In this document: positions 1 through 9,154 of the stretch, piece by piece
How positions within the stretch are numbered: position 1 is the stretch's first letter
Layout: each line of letters begins with the position of its first letter
NCBI GenBank assembly: GCA_963575745.1
Contig: CAUYUJ010000184.1
Location: 62,001 to 117,093, forward strand
Length of the DNA: 55,093 bases
Origin: Prorocentrum cordatum
Taxonomy: Eukaryota
Direction: 5' to 3'
The notes under the pieces: model-generated
What the model saw: the letters and a program-made list of their open reading frames with translations, nothing else
Database searches by the model: none
What the model was told of the DNA's origin: nothing
Program-made: the position numbers and the translations under genes

Positions 1-631
1 TCCTCAATCCCTCCGACGAAGACCTCCCAGCAGATGCCTCCTAGCCTCAGGAGTGCCGCCCTGCGGGCCGTGCCGCTCGTGCACTGAATACGGGGTCCGG
101 GGACACACGCACACACACAAGCAGACACAACTCCCAGGATTCTCCAGATTTCCCCCTAATTTCTGGAGCTTCGTCTTCCCCCTCCACTTCCCACATGTGA
201 TTTTTGTTTTCCTGGGACGCGACGCTTCTGTGTGTCTGTGTGTGTTTCCCAGTCCGTGCCCGTGCCGCCCTGCTGGCCTCCCCGGCCCTCCGGGAGGAGC
301 CCGCCGAGGCGCGCGAGGCCAGGGCCGGCCTCGCCCGCGCCAGCAGTGCCCTCGCGCCGCCCCAGGGATTCGCCAGGGCGCCTCTCCGGCGAGCCGCCCG
401 CGCCCGTCGGCGATAGTATTGGCCTCCTCCTCCTCCTCCTCCTCCTCCTCCTCCTCCTCCTCCTTCCTCCTCCCTCCTCCCTCCTCCCTCCTCCCTCCTC
501 CCTCCTCCCTCCTCCCTCCTCTCCTCCTCCTCCCTCCTCCTCCTCCTCCTCCCTCCTCCCTCTCCTCCTCCTCCTCCTCCTCCTCCTCGTCCTCCTCCTC
601 CTCCTCCTCCTCCTCCTCCTCCTCCTCCTCC

Positions 632-686
632 TGCTTCTTCTATTCTCTGTGAGCAAGCTCCTGCTGTCTCCGCAGCTTCTCTGCCC
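632..686 (+). repeat. Split direct repeat A1 (55 bp)
   Basis: TGCTTCTTCTATTCTCTGTGAGCAAG...CTCTGCCC, identical to 10272-10326. Confidence 0.95.
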
Positions 687-723
687 AGGGCGCCCCCCCA
701 TCGGCCGCGCGTGCGGGCGCCTT

Positions 724-1248
724 ATGCAGGCGGTCGTACAAGCGGCTCTCGGGGGCGCTGGGGAGATCTTCTTCAGGGGGCTGCGGGCCGCGCTCTACGA
801 GCGGCTCGTGGCTGCCCCCTTCTCTGTACTCCAGGACCAAGGGCCTCCTGTGCCTGCTTGGTCCATCCAGCAGGCGGACTCGTCTGAGGGCGAGGGGGCT
901 TTCTGCCCCCTCCCCTCGGCGGGTTCTGCCTGCCCCACCGTCTGCCTCGGGCTGGCGGTGGATCTGAGCGGCGGGGTCTCTCCCTGGCTGCTCAGCACGG
1001 TCGTCGCCCTTCTCTGGGCGACGGCCGCGTGCAGCGCCTGCGCAGGCTGCTGCTTCGGGCTGTGGGGCCCGTACGTGGGGCGGAGGCTCAGGGCTTCCGC
1101 CTGGCCGCGCGGTGCTGGTCCTGCTTCGCTGGAGCAGGACCGCCGCGCGGCGCGAGCGCTGGCCTACGGGGTTCCGCCTCGGCCCCGAGCGCTCGAGCGG
1201 GCTGACGCCCAGCATTCGGGCGCCAGCTCCCACAGCAGCGCCCATTGA
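724..1248 (+). CDS. Leader ORF0 of the YR element, 174 aa, one predicted TM segment
   Basis: ATG at 724 inside track ORF 232..1248; hydrophobic PWLLSTVVALLWATAACSACAGCCFGLW; stop TGA overlaps the ORF1 ATG (TGATG 1246-1250). Confidence 0.55.
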   Translation: MQAVVQAALGGAGEIFFRGLRAALYERLVAAPFSVLQDQGPPVPAWSIQQADSSEGEGAFCPLPSAGSACPTVCLGLAVDLSGGVSPWLLSTVVALLWATAACSACAGCCFGLWGPYVGRRLRASAWPRGAGPASLEQDRRAARALAYGVPPRPRALERADAQHSGASSHSSAH

Positions 1249-3188
1249 TGGCTGAGCTGCCACCAGTTGGCGGAGGGCCTCTCTGGCCCGAGCTCTACCC
1301 ATTCGCAGCTCCCACGGCTCGCGACTACGCACGATGGCGCCTAGACGAAGGCGACACCAGCTGGGCAGCTATCCCCCTCGCGTCTCGGGAAGGGGGCATA
1401 CTTCTGGCCCTGCCTGGCGCCTTTCGCTCTTCGGCGGAGCTCGAGGCTGCCGAGGCGGGTGGCTTTACGGGAATGCTAGGCCCTTTTCAGCTGGTGGACA
1501 TCCAGCTCCTGGGTGCCGCTTCACGGCCGCTCGCCACTACCGCATCCGTCCTCGTCATAGATATCGAGGTTGCAGAGCTCGAGCTCGAGTCGCTTTACCC
1601 TCTGGAAGTCGGCGCGGACGCTGGCATCGTTCCCTTCGCCGAGGTGCGCGGCCGCGTCTACTGGCCACATCCTTCGGGGGTTCGGGTGCTTCGCGAGGGC
1701 TACGCACGCTTGCACGGCGCTCCTCCTACCGCAGGGGAAGAGCCGCTCCCAGGGGCCGATCGAGCTACTCTCTATCAATCCGCCGACGAGATGGAGGAGC
1801 CCGAGGGGTTCGCGGCCGATGGGGAAGCCGACCGCACGGTCCCAAGTGCGCGGTCCCCTGCGGACGCTGGAGTCCCACGCGGCCTACCCGCGAAGCGCGC
1901 AGCCACCGCCGTGCCGCCCAGGGTCGCGGGTCCCACTCCGATCGCTCCTGGCGCTCCCGCGGCGTCCCTGGACGACGGGGCCCCTATGACCCGTGCCGAA
2001 GTAGCTGCCGAAATGCGCGCCTTGCTTGCAGCTCACGGGGCCTCCCCGATGGTCGGCGGCCCCGAGCCGCTGGGCTTCGCTCCAGCTGCCCGGGGCGAAC
2101 GGCCCGAGGTGCCCCAACTTTTCAGCGACGAAGCGGTGCGCCTCGGGCTGGATCCTGCGGGGATCGAGGCCGTCCTGTCCCACGCGCCCGTGGCCCCACA
2201 GCGGGTCTCCGCACGTCCCAAGGGCCCGACCTCCGCGCTGGTCGCGGCGTGGGAAAAGGCGCGCTCTCTTGCTGTTCCTCGAGCCCCTACCTCGGGCCTC
2301 GGAACGATGGGTCCCCCGCCGCCACCTGGGCTAGCCCATCCCGCTGTGGCCGACGGCTTTGCCGAGGCGGGCGGCGCCGACGGGTCAGAGCTCCCCCATG
2401 CAGCCAATCAGACGGACTTCAGCCTCATGCTACAGTGTCTGCACCAGTCCCTCCTATTGCAGCAGGGGCGGGGCCATCGGCCCACCGTCCACCCGCTTCT
2501 GGGGACTCTGAGCGACTCTGCTCAATCTCCGCCCACGAGCTCGGGCGATCCCGCGCCCGCGTCGGCCCCGATGGGGGGCATTGCTCGGAGGCGCGAGTGG
2601 CAGCAAGCGCTGATACAGCACGGCCCCGACGTGCGAGGACTGATGAAGGAGAATTTGGCCCGCGTCCTGGGCGTGGAAGTCAGCGCCGTGACCCCCATGG
2701 CCATGCACCAGTATTTTCGGGAGCACAGTCCTTTGGGGGCTCAGCCGACGACGCACGAGTTGTTGACGCATTTCGCCTTCCTCAGCGCCGAGCTGTGGCG
2801 GGCCTGCGAGGAGGGGAACCCCGAGAGAGTCCAGACGCTACTGACGTGTCAGTGCATGTTCATCGACCAGCTGGCGGGGGACCGCGGCTATCTCGAGGCC
2901 GCATGGTTCCTCACGGGGCTGGAGCCTCCCCCGTGTCGCGTGACCAGTCGTCACACGGAGCGCGAGGCCCAGGCCCCGTTCTCCCCCCTGGTGGATCCTC
3001 GCTGGCTATCGGCGCAGGGCGAATATGTAAAGGAGCTGCAAGCATTTCGGGCGCGTCTCGACGCCGAGCGCGCCGTCGCGCTCCCCAAGCATCCGCCTCA
3101 GCAGCCCAAGCAGCCCAAGGTCTCGAAGGCCCCCTTCAAGTCCCAGGGTGCTCCCAAGGCACCGAAGGCTGCGCCCAAGAGGGACTGA
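1248..3188 (+). CDS. ORF1, gag-like protein of the YR retrotransposon
   Basis: 646-aa ORF in gag position; normal composition, structured-looking C-terminal region (FIDQLAGDRGYLEAAWFLTGLEPP...FSPLVDPRWL) and basic tail. Confidence 0.75.
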   Translation: MAELPPVGGGPLWPELYPFAAPTARDYARWRLDEGDTSWAAIPLASREGGILLALPGAFRSSAELEAAEAGGFTGMLGPFQLVDIQLLGAASRPLATTASVLVIDIEVAELELESLYPLEVGADAGIVPFAEVRGRVYWPHPSGVRVLREGYARLHGAPPTAGEEPLPGADRATLYQSADEMEEPEGFAADGEADRTVPSARSPADAGVPRGLPAKRAATAVPPRVAGPTPIAPGAPAASLDDGAPMTRAEVAAEMRALLAAHGASPMVGGPEPLGFAPAARGERPEVPQLFSDEAVRLGLDPAGIEAVLSHAPVAPQRVSARPKGPTSALVAAWEKARSLAVPRAPTSGLGTMGPPPPPGLAHPAVADGFAEAGGADGSELPHAANQTDFSLMLQCLHQSLLLQQGRGHRPTVHPLLGTLSDSAQSPPTSSGDPAPASAPMGGIARRREWQQALIQHGPDVRGLMKENLARVLGVEVSAVTPMAMHQYFREHSPLGAQPTTHELLTHFAFLSAELWRACEEGNPERVQTLLTCQCMFIDQLAGDRGYLEAAWFLTGLEPPPCRVTSRHTEREAQAPFSPLVDPRWLSAQGEYVKELQAFRARLDAERAVALPKHPPQQPKQPKVSKAPFKSQGAPKAPKAAPKRD

Positions 3189-6100
3189 AGGCGCCATCGG
3201 CGCCCGTCTCCTGGAAGGGTAGGCCCTCTCGGGGCCGAGGTACGCCACCGCGCACCGTCGGCACCGACGCTGTTGCGGCTGCTAGGCGCATTTGGGCGCA
3301 GCGAGGGCGTGAGGGTAGGAATGCGCTCTTCCAGCGATGCTGTTGCGGCCCCGCAGGGAGGAGTACGTTCCGCCACCACGCCCTTCGCTCCGCTCCGAAT
3401 CGCCTCTCGGTTCCCTTCGGCCATTTTGGCCGACGCCTGCCTCAGTCGAGCGCGCCCTCCAGAGGGCCTGCTGCCCCTGAGGTCGGGGTCCCTGCTGGTG
3501 CCTGTTCTCTTTCGGGCACCCCTGCTGCTCTTGCCAAAGTCGCGCCATTCGTCGCTGACTTGTCTGCCTTGCTGCGCCTGTTTCCAGGCGCGAACATTGA
3601 TATCACCCACTGGGCGGCTGCGTTGTCCCAGGTCGGGATGGGTGCTCGATGTTCTCTTGGTTCTTTCTCCCGCTCATCTATGCGTGCAATGGATAGGGAC
3701 GACCCGTACCTTTTGGGGCCGTTTCCCCGCGATCCTTGGCCGTGCCCGCCTGCTCCATCTCTTGGTCCCCCGCCTGACGGCTTGTCGGCGAGGCGCAGGG
3801 AGCGCTGGAGAGTGCGGCGCGCGGCGCGGACGCTCGCGCAGTATTCTGTTATTGCGCTGAACTGGCTCACCTTGGGTCATCCTAGCCTCGCTCCCGCCGA
3901 GGCTCGCGTCCGCGCCACGGTCTCGCCCTGCCAGGATGGCGTCCGCACCCGTATAGAACGGTTGTGTCGGATCGCAGTTCGCCTCGCCCGTGGCGGCAAG
4001 AGCGACTTAGGTCGAGCCTTCGCTAAGTTCGACTCCACTGAGGTCTCGCTCCATGGCCTGGCCACCCATGTTGCAGCTTTGGAGGCCTCCTTCACTTCTT
4101 CCTCTTCCGTACCCGCCCCCATGCGGCACTGCCCGACCAGCGCCCCTCCTGTGCCTGGTTCGTTGGCGTCTGCGGCGGCCTGGGACTCCACCCAAGCCGA
4201 GCCCTTCGATTTGAAAGTCAGGGCGTCTCGCATCAAGTGGGATTATTCACCTGAGTTTGATCCCGTTCCATTCCTCTCCGACGCTCGAGTCCGCGAAGCT
4301 TTCATTGATCCTGAGGTGATGCGGCTACCGGCGTCAGAGTGGCCTGCTGGCCAAAAGGGGGCGCGCGTCCACATGGACCGCGCCGAGCTGTGGGCCCTGC
4401 TCCAGAAGTGGGATGCTTGCGGCGCCCTGTACCTGACTCCTGCTTCGGACCTCGCTTGGGATGAAGCCTGTGGAGCTTTCAGGGTGCCGAAGGACAGCGA
4501 TTTCGACAGACTGATCTTGAACCCAACGGTCGTGAACAGCCGCTGTGCCTCAATTTCGTCCAGCACCCAGCGCCTTGGCCAGGGTTTTCTGCTTTGCCGT
4601 TTGGGGCTGGCACCTGGGGAATGGCTGGCAGTTTCTTGTGACGACCTACGGGAGTTCTACTACACCTTCCGCGTCCCTCCCGCGCGCGCCAGGCGCAACG
4701 CCCTGCGCGTTCGTCTGCCATCCTCTCGCTTCAAGGCCTTTCGAGCCTGGCGCCCTGAGCTTGAGGGCGTGGACGTCGCGCCCTGCCTCAATGCTCTGGC
4801 GATGGGCGACAACATGGCTGTGGAGATTGCCAACTCTGCGCATGAAGGCGTCTTGCACAGCTTCGGGGCTTTGCGGCCTCACGAGCAGGTTGTCCACCGC
4901 TCGCCGTTCCCGCGGGGCCCGTTTGTCGAGATGCTAAATATTGATGACCACACAGGTTTTCAGAAGCTCTCGTGGCGTGGCTCCGCTCCTCGCCCCGACG
5001 ACCCGCGTCGCCGTGATCGCGAGGTCTTCGCCGCCTGTGATGCGGGCTACCCGCGCGTGGGCCTGATACAGCATCCAGGCAAGCGCGCGCGGGGCGAAAC
5101 GCACAAGGTTGTGGTGGGCGCCGAGGTGGAGGGGCGCATAGGCATCGTCTGCGCTCCTCTCGTGCGGACGGTGGCCTTGTGCAGGCTCACCCTGATCCAG
5201 ATCTACCTCGGGATCACCACACGCTCCCTGCTTGCCTCTCTTGTGGGCTGCTGGGTCCAGGTCTTTCTCTATCGCCGCCCGATGCTCGCCATCTTTACGC
5301 ACGTCTACAACTTCCTGTCGCGCCTTGCGACCGAGGAGGGTATCGAATACGACCTGCCCCCTTATGTTCGCGACGAGCTACTGGCCTGCACCTTCTTAGC
5401 CTTTACGGCTATCACCGACCTTCGGGCGCAGCCTTGCCCCGAAGTGTTCGGTACGGACGCGTCCCTCGGCTGGGGGGGCGTTGTCCGCGCTCCTATCAGC
5501 CCGCAGCTCTCCGCCGAGCTGTGGCGCAGGTCGGAGCACGGGGGGTGGCATACGATTCTGCACAATCGGAGCCTCCTCGCCGTAGTCAGCCGCGGCGTGC
5601 CTCTGGGCCCTGAGCTCACCCAGCTGCACCACGACCTGGGGCTCCCGTCTATTGAGCCCCCCGTCGCGCCGCGATGGGTCACCGAGCTATCAGAGGCGCT
5701 GCGCTTTCGGCTCGCGTACAAATGGGAGTTCCGCATGCCTCGCCACATTAATATCTTGGAGACGACAGTGTATAAGAGTTTGTGCAAATACTGTTGTGTT
5801 CGCCTCCCTGACTCTCGTATCCCCGTGCTCCTGGATTCAAAAGTGGCTTTGGGCGCGACAGCGCACGGGCGCAGCAGCTCTCCTGGGTTATCTCATGTTC
5901 TCTCGACCACTTTGCCCTATGTGATAGGAGGAGGTTTATATATGGGTGGCATGTACGTGCCGACAGACGTGCACAGGGCCGACGACCCCACGCGCAACCG
6001 TGCGGTGAGGCCCCCGTCCCGTGACCCTCCCGCCTGGTTAGTGGAAGCAGAGAGAGGAGAATTTACCCGGTTTGATTGCATCGCATACGCCGATTCCCGC

Positions 6101-9100
6101 TCGTCATTCCCTACTTGCCTCTGGGGCCGATTTGTTGCGCAGCTTGTGGCTCGAGGCCCCGAGGGGTGGCTCAGCCACCGTTGGGCGGCCGCCCCCCCCC
6201 TCCTGCTGGGTGAAGGGATGGCCGCCGACGCCTCCGGCGACGGCGCCCAGGGCGAAGCTCTCGACCCCTCGGGCGCCGCCGAGAGCAGCCGCGAAGCTGC
6301 TCTCGCCAGCGGAGAGCGTCGCGGGCCTCGCAACGCACTCTTCGCTGACAGCGAACGGCCTATCCCGTCCGCGACCGACGCCACGCCCAAAGCGTCTGCG
6401 GCCTCGGAGGCCGGCTCGCACGGGCCCGACCCTGCCGCTGCGAGCGCAGGCTCGGCTCCCCCGGCCGTCAAGCGTGCTCCGCCCCTGGCCCTCCGATCCA
6501 AGGCCGTGGCGGCCCCTCCGCCTGCCATCGGGGTGGGCTCGTCGCGCGACGGCCCGCGGGCAGCACCAAAGGGGGCCACTGCTGCTACCCCCCGCGTCTT
6601 CCAGCGCGCGGCCAGGGTGAGCGCTTCTCGCCAACTACTTGGCGTCGTGGACGGGGCCTCGCGCAGCACCATCGAAGCCGCCTTCAGGCGCCAGTCCCTG
6701 GTCTACCATCCAGACAGGGCTCCTGCGCACCTGGGGGCCGAGGAGCGCGCAGCCCGCGCGCTCAAGTGGAAGCAGCTCTGTGACGCCAAGTCAGTGCTGC
6801 TCCAGGCCCTTTCACAGGCCGCCGCGCCGCCTGTTGATTCTAGCACAGGCGGTGACGGCCCTGCCGCCCGCGCCTACGCCAAGGCAAAGGCGGCAGGGAA
6901 GGGCGCCCGTAAGGGCAAGCTGGCTCCTGGGTCGTTCATGGCCCTTCAGGCGCTCGAGGAAGCTGTCGAGGACCAGCCCAATCGTGGTGGTCACGCACCG
7001 ACCTCCGCCTCGCGCACGGGCGCCGCACACAACAAGCGCGCCAAGAAGCAGCGGCGTGCTTCCACGGCGGCGCTCCCCGCTCCTGAGGGGGCCACCACGA
7101 CGCCTGGCCGCAGGGCGCGTCGCACTGCTAATGCGCGCCGCTGGGCAGGCGCGGCAGGCCCTAGCTCCGCGGCGGGAGTGGGCCCTCCACCGCGGAGCCG
7201 CAGCCCTGCCCGCAGCCGTACGCGGTCTCCAAACCCGTACGGGACTGATCATACCTCTCCCTCGGGAGGCGGCTCTCCGCCTCCCGCCGACGGCTCTATC
7301 TCGTCTGAGGAGCCGTCGGGGCCGCCAGCGGGGGAGGCCCCAGAGGGCCCGCACACTCCTGAGGGTTCTCCGCCCGCGCGCGCTCGCAGCCGCTCGAGAG
7401 CAGAGCCCGCGTGCGCTGAGGACTCCCCGACGGAGCTCGAGGACGTCGTGCTGAGTGCCCTCGCTGACTCCTCGGTGGACCTTGAGCGCGTCGTGGCGGG
7501 CCTGAACCCCGAGGTCCTCCTCCGCTTGCAGGCGGCCTTCCCTCGCCGCGCGGAGGCCTCGCCGCCCGCCGCTCACCCCGCGGCTCGCAGCCGCTCTCGG
7601 GGCCGTGGCACTCGTGCAGGCTCCGAGACACCGCAGCCTGTCCCGCCGCCGCCGCCACCACCACGCCACCACACTGGTGAGCGGGGGGCGTCGCGCTCCC
7701 GCGCGGCGGCCGCAGGCCAGGGGCTTAGTCGAGCGGGCGCGCGCGGCTCCTCGCGTGCGCCTTCTCGTCAGGCGATGTCGCCTGGGCGTCGCAAGGTGCG
7801 CTCCCCTCGCGTCGCTCCGAAGCGTCGCCCGAGCCCGACCGCATCGCAGCAGCCTGCCACTCCTCACCAAGCTGCGAGCTCGGGCGCCGCCCTCGCAGGC
7901 AGCTCCCGCACGGGCTCCGCTGCTCAGGCCCCTCCGACTTCGGTAGGCATGCGCTCTTCCAGCGATGCTGGTGCGGCCCCGCAGGGAGGAGGGCGTGCCG
8001 CCGAAGAAGGGGGGTCTTCGAGCGGCCCCGCGCTTGGCCGAGCTCCAGAGCCCGAGCTGCCTCCCAGCGGCTCTCACAGCGGTGACGCTGGAAGCGCCGC
8101 GGCTGCAGCCTTCGCAGCGCGACGCACGGCCTCTGCGGCCACAGAGCAGCCCTTGCCTCCAGGGGCCGCCAGCGCCCTTGCGTGGCGCCTCAACATCGGC
8201 GGTGAGAAGATCACAGTGGTGAGGTGGGGACCCGCCTGGCAAGCCGCCTTCCAGAGCGCGGCGTCGTGGCTGAGGTCCTTCGCCCCTGCAGGGGCCGCCG
8301 AGCCCGAGGGCAAGGAGGACCTGCACTGCCTCCTGCGGGCCTTGCACGCCTACAAGCGCCTGTTTCAGACGGGCGGCGCCGAGCCGATTGATGAGGCCTC
8401 ATGGATGCATCCTTACGTGGCCGTCGTCGAGCCTGAGGCTATCCCCGCGCATGCTGACCTCCAAGCCATGGGGGCGGGCGCCATCCGTGGCATCGGGCTC
8501 GGCTCCAAGATCGAGCAGCGACGGCGCGCGGGCAAACTGGCCTGCCTCTTCGACATGCTGTACCACGTGCAGGACAGTCACGGCACCATCCCCGCAGCGC
8601 TGTGGGGAGACCATTCCCCCCCGTCCGAGATCCTCGACGCCTTCGCGGAGGTGGTGCCCGTTCCTCATCATTCGGGCCTCACGTCCTCGGCAGCTCGCTC
8701 CGAGCTTGCCGAAGCAGCCGCAGCAGCGCGTGCCGAGCCGCGCCCGCCTTTTGACTGGGCGACCCTCGAGGGAGGGGACGCTCTGCCTGCCGAGATCGAA
8801 GCAGGAGCTCGCCGTGCCTACCGTAACATGGGTGGCTCCTTCAGCTCGGCGCGGGCAATGTTGGCGGAGGCGTCGGGGTTCGAGACCGACGGGCGGGACG
8901 CCCGCGTTCCGCCCTTCTACGCGTCCAGGCGCAGGAGGGCCGCCACGCTGATCAGCTCTCCAAGCCCTGGCCGCCCCGCGCTCCCTCCTGTGGTGCGTCT
9001 GCGGCCTCTGCACTCTCTCTGGGCGCGATTCTCACCGCAGGCCACGGGCTTAGTCGGGCTGCGCCGCCACGCCCGCTCGCCCCCCGCGCACTCCCTTTGT

Positions 9101-9154
9101 GCGCGATTCTCACCTCACTCCCGCGTATCTCGACCGTCGCTCGAGATCGATTGA
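1334..9154 (+). CDS. ORF2/pol: reverse transcriptase + RNase H + J-domain + C-terminal extension
   Basis: RT motifs AFRVPKD..RLILNP, DDLREFYY, LAMGDNMAVE, NIDD (4937-4948). DIRS-type RNase H: GTDAS, HINILE, LLDSKV, GRSSS, RADDPTR (~5441-5995). J-domain 6620-6802. True start uncertain. Confidence 0.88.
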   Translation: MAPRRRRHQLGSYPPRVSGRGHTSGPAWRLSLFGGARGCRGGWLYGNARPFSAGGHPAPGCRFTAARHYRIRPRHRYRGCRARARVALPSGSRRGRWHRSLRRGARPRLLATSFGGSGASRGLRTLARRSSYRRGRAAPRGRSSYSLSIRRRDGGARGVRGRWGSRPHGPKCAVPCGRWSPTRPTREARSHRRAAQGRGSHSDRSWRSRGVPGRRGPYDPCRSSCRNARLACSSRGLPDGRRPRAAGLRSSCPGRTARGAPTFQRRSGAPRAGSCGDRGRPVPRARGPTAGLRTSQGPDLRAGRGVGKGALSCCSSSPYLGPRNDGSPAATWASPSRCGRRLCRGGRRRRVRAPPCSQSDGLQPHATVSAPVPPIAAGAGPSAHRPPASGDSERLCSISAHELGRSRARVGPDGGHCSEARVAASADTARPRRARTDEGEFGPRPGRGSQRRDPHGHAPVFSGAQSFGGSADDARVVDAFRLPQRRAVAGLRGGEPRESPDATDVSVHVHRPAGGGPRLSRGRMVPHGAGASPVSRDQSSHGARGPGPVLPPGGSSLAIGAGRICKGAASISGASRRRARRRAPQASASAAQAAQGLEGPLQVPGCSQGTEGCAQEGLKAPSAPVSWKGRPSRGRGTPPRTVGTDAVAAARRIWAQRGREGRNALFQRCCCGPAGRSTFRHHALRSAPNRLSVPFGHFGRRLPQSSAPSRGPAAPEVGVPAGACSLSGTPAALAKVAPFVADLSALLRLFPGANIDITHWAAALSQVGMGARCSLGSFSRSSMRAMDRDDPYLLGPFPRDPWPCPPAPSLGPPPDGLSARRRERWRVRRAARTLAQYSVIALNWLTLGHPSLAPAEARVRATVSPCQDGVRTRIERLCRIAVRLARGGKSDLGRAFAKFDSTEVSLHGLATHVAALEASFTSSSSVPAPMRHCPTSAPPVPGSLASAAAWDSTQAEPFDLKVRASRIKWDYSPEFDPVPFLSDARVREAFIDPEVMRLPASEWPAGQKGARVHMDRAELWALLQKWDACGALYLTPASDLAWDEACGAFRVPKDSDFDRLILNPTVVNSRCASISSSTQRLGQGFLLCRLGLAPGEWLAVSCDDLREFYYTFRVPPARARRNALRVRLPSSRFKAFRAWRPELEGVDVAPCLNALAMGDNMAVEIANSAHEGVLHSFGALRPHEQVVHRSPFPRGPFVEMLNIDDHTGFQKLSWRGSAPRPDDPRRRDREVFAACDAGYPRVGLIQHPGKRARGETHKVVVGAEVEGRIGIVCAPLVRTVALCRLTLIQIYLGITTRSLLASLVGCWVQVFLYRRPMLAIFTHVYNFLSRLATEEGIEYDLPPYVRDELLACTFLAFTAITDLRAQPCPEVFGTDASLGWGGVVRAPISPQLSAELWRRSEHGGWHTILHNRSLLAVVSRGVPLGPELTQLHHDLGLPSIEPPVAPRWVTELSEALRFRLAYKWEFRMPRHINILETTVYKSLCKYCCVRLPDSRIPVLLDSKVALGATAHGRSSSPGLSHVLSTTLPYVIGGGLYMGGMYVPTDVHRADDPTRNRAVRPPSRDPPAWLVEAERGEFTRFDCIAYADSRSSFPTCLWGRFVAQLVARGPEGWLSHRWAAAPPLLLGEGMAADASGDGAQGEALDPSGAAESSREAALASGERRGPRNALFADSERPIPSATDATPKASAASEAGSHGPDPAAASAGSAPPAVKRAPPLALRSKAVAAPPPAIGVGSSRDGPRAAPKGATAATPRVFQRAARVSASRQLLGVVDGASRSTIEAAFRRQSLVYHPDRAPAHLGAEERAARALKWKQLCDAKSVLLQALSQAAAPPVDSSTGGDGPAARAYAKAKAAGKGARKGKLAPGSFMALQALEEAVEDQPNRGGHAPTSASRTGAAHNKRAKKQRRASTAALPAPEGATTTPGRRARRTANARRWAGAAGPSSAAGVGPPPRSRSPARSRTRSPNPYGTDHTSPSGGGSPPPADGSISSEEPSGPPAGEAPEGPHTPEGSPPARARSRSRAEPACAEDSPTELEDVVLSALADSSVDLERVVAGLNPEVLLRLQAAFPRRAEASPPAAHPAARSRSRGRGTRAGSETPQPVPPPPPPPRHHTGERGASRSRAAAAGQGLSRAGARGSSRAPSRQAMSPGRRKVRSPRVAPKRRPSPTASQQPATPHQAASSGAALAGSSRTGSAAQAPPTSVGMRSSSDAGAAPQGGGRAAEEGGSSSGPALGRAPEPELPPSGSHSGDAGSAAAAAFAARRTASAATEQPLPPGAASALAWRLNIGGEKITVVRWGPAWQAAFQSAASWLRSFAPAGAAEPEGKEDLHCLLRALHAYKRLFQTGGAEPIDEASWMHPYVAVVEPEAIPAHADLQAMGAGAIRGIGLGSKIEQRRRAGKLACLFDMLYHVQDSHGTIPAALWGDHSPPSEILDAFAEVVPVPHHSGLTSSAARSELAEAAAAARAEPRPPFDWATLEGGDALPAEIEAGARRAYRNMGGSFSSARAMLAEASGFETDGRDARVPPFYASRRRRAATLISSPSPGRPALPPVVRLRPLHSLWARFSPQATGLVGLRRHARSPPAHSLCARFSPHSRVSRPSLEID
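6620..6802 (+). other. DnaJ/J-domain within pol
   Basis: LLGVVDGASRSTIEAAFRRQSLVYHPDR...KWKQLCDAKSVL fits the J-domain consensus (LGv...as..eIk.AyR.l...yHPD...f..i..Ay.vL); HPD at 6707-6715. Confidence 0.85.

Noticed and set aside
3421..3430. CCATTTTGGC partial SL-like match (weaker ones at ~10198 and ~23566)
   Set aside because: Ten nt or fewer; too short to distinguish from chance.
6812..8347. 511-aa antisense ORF within the YR pol
   Set aside because: Shadow ORF in very GC-rich low-complexity sequence with no recognisable motifs.
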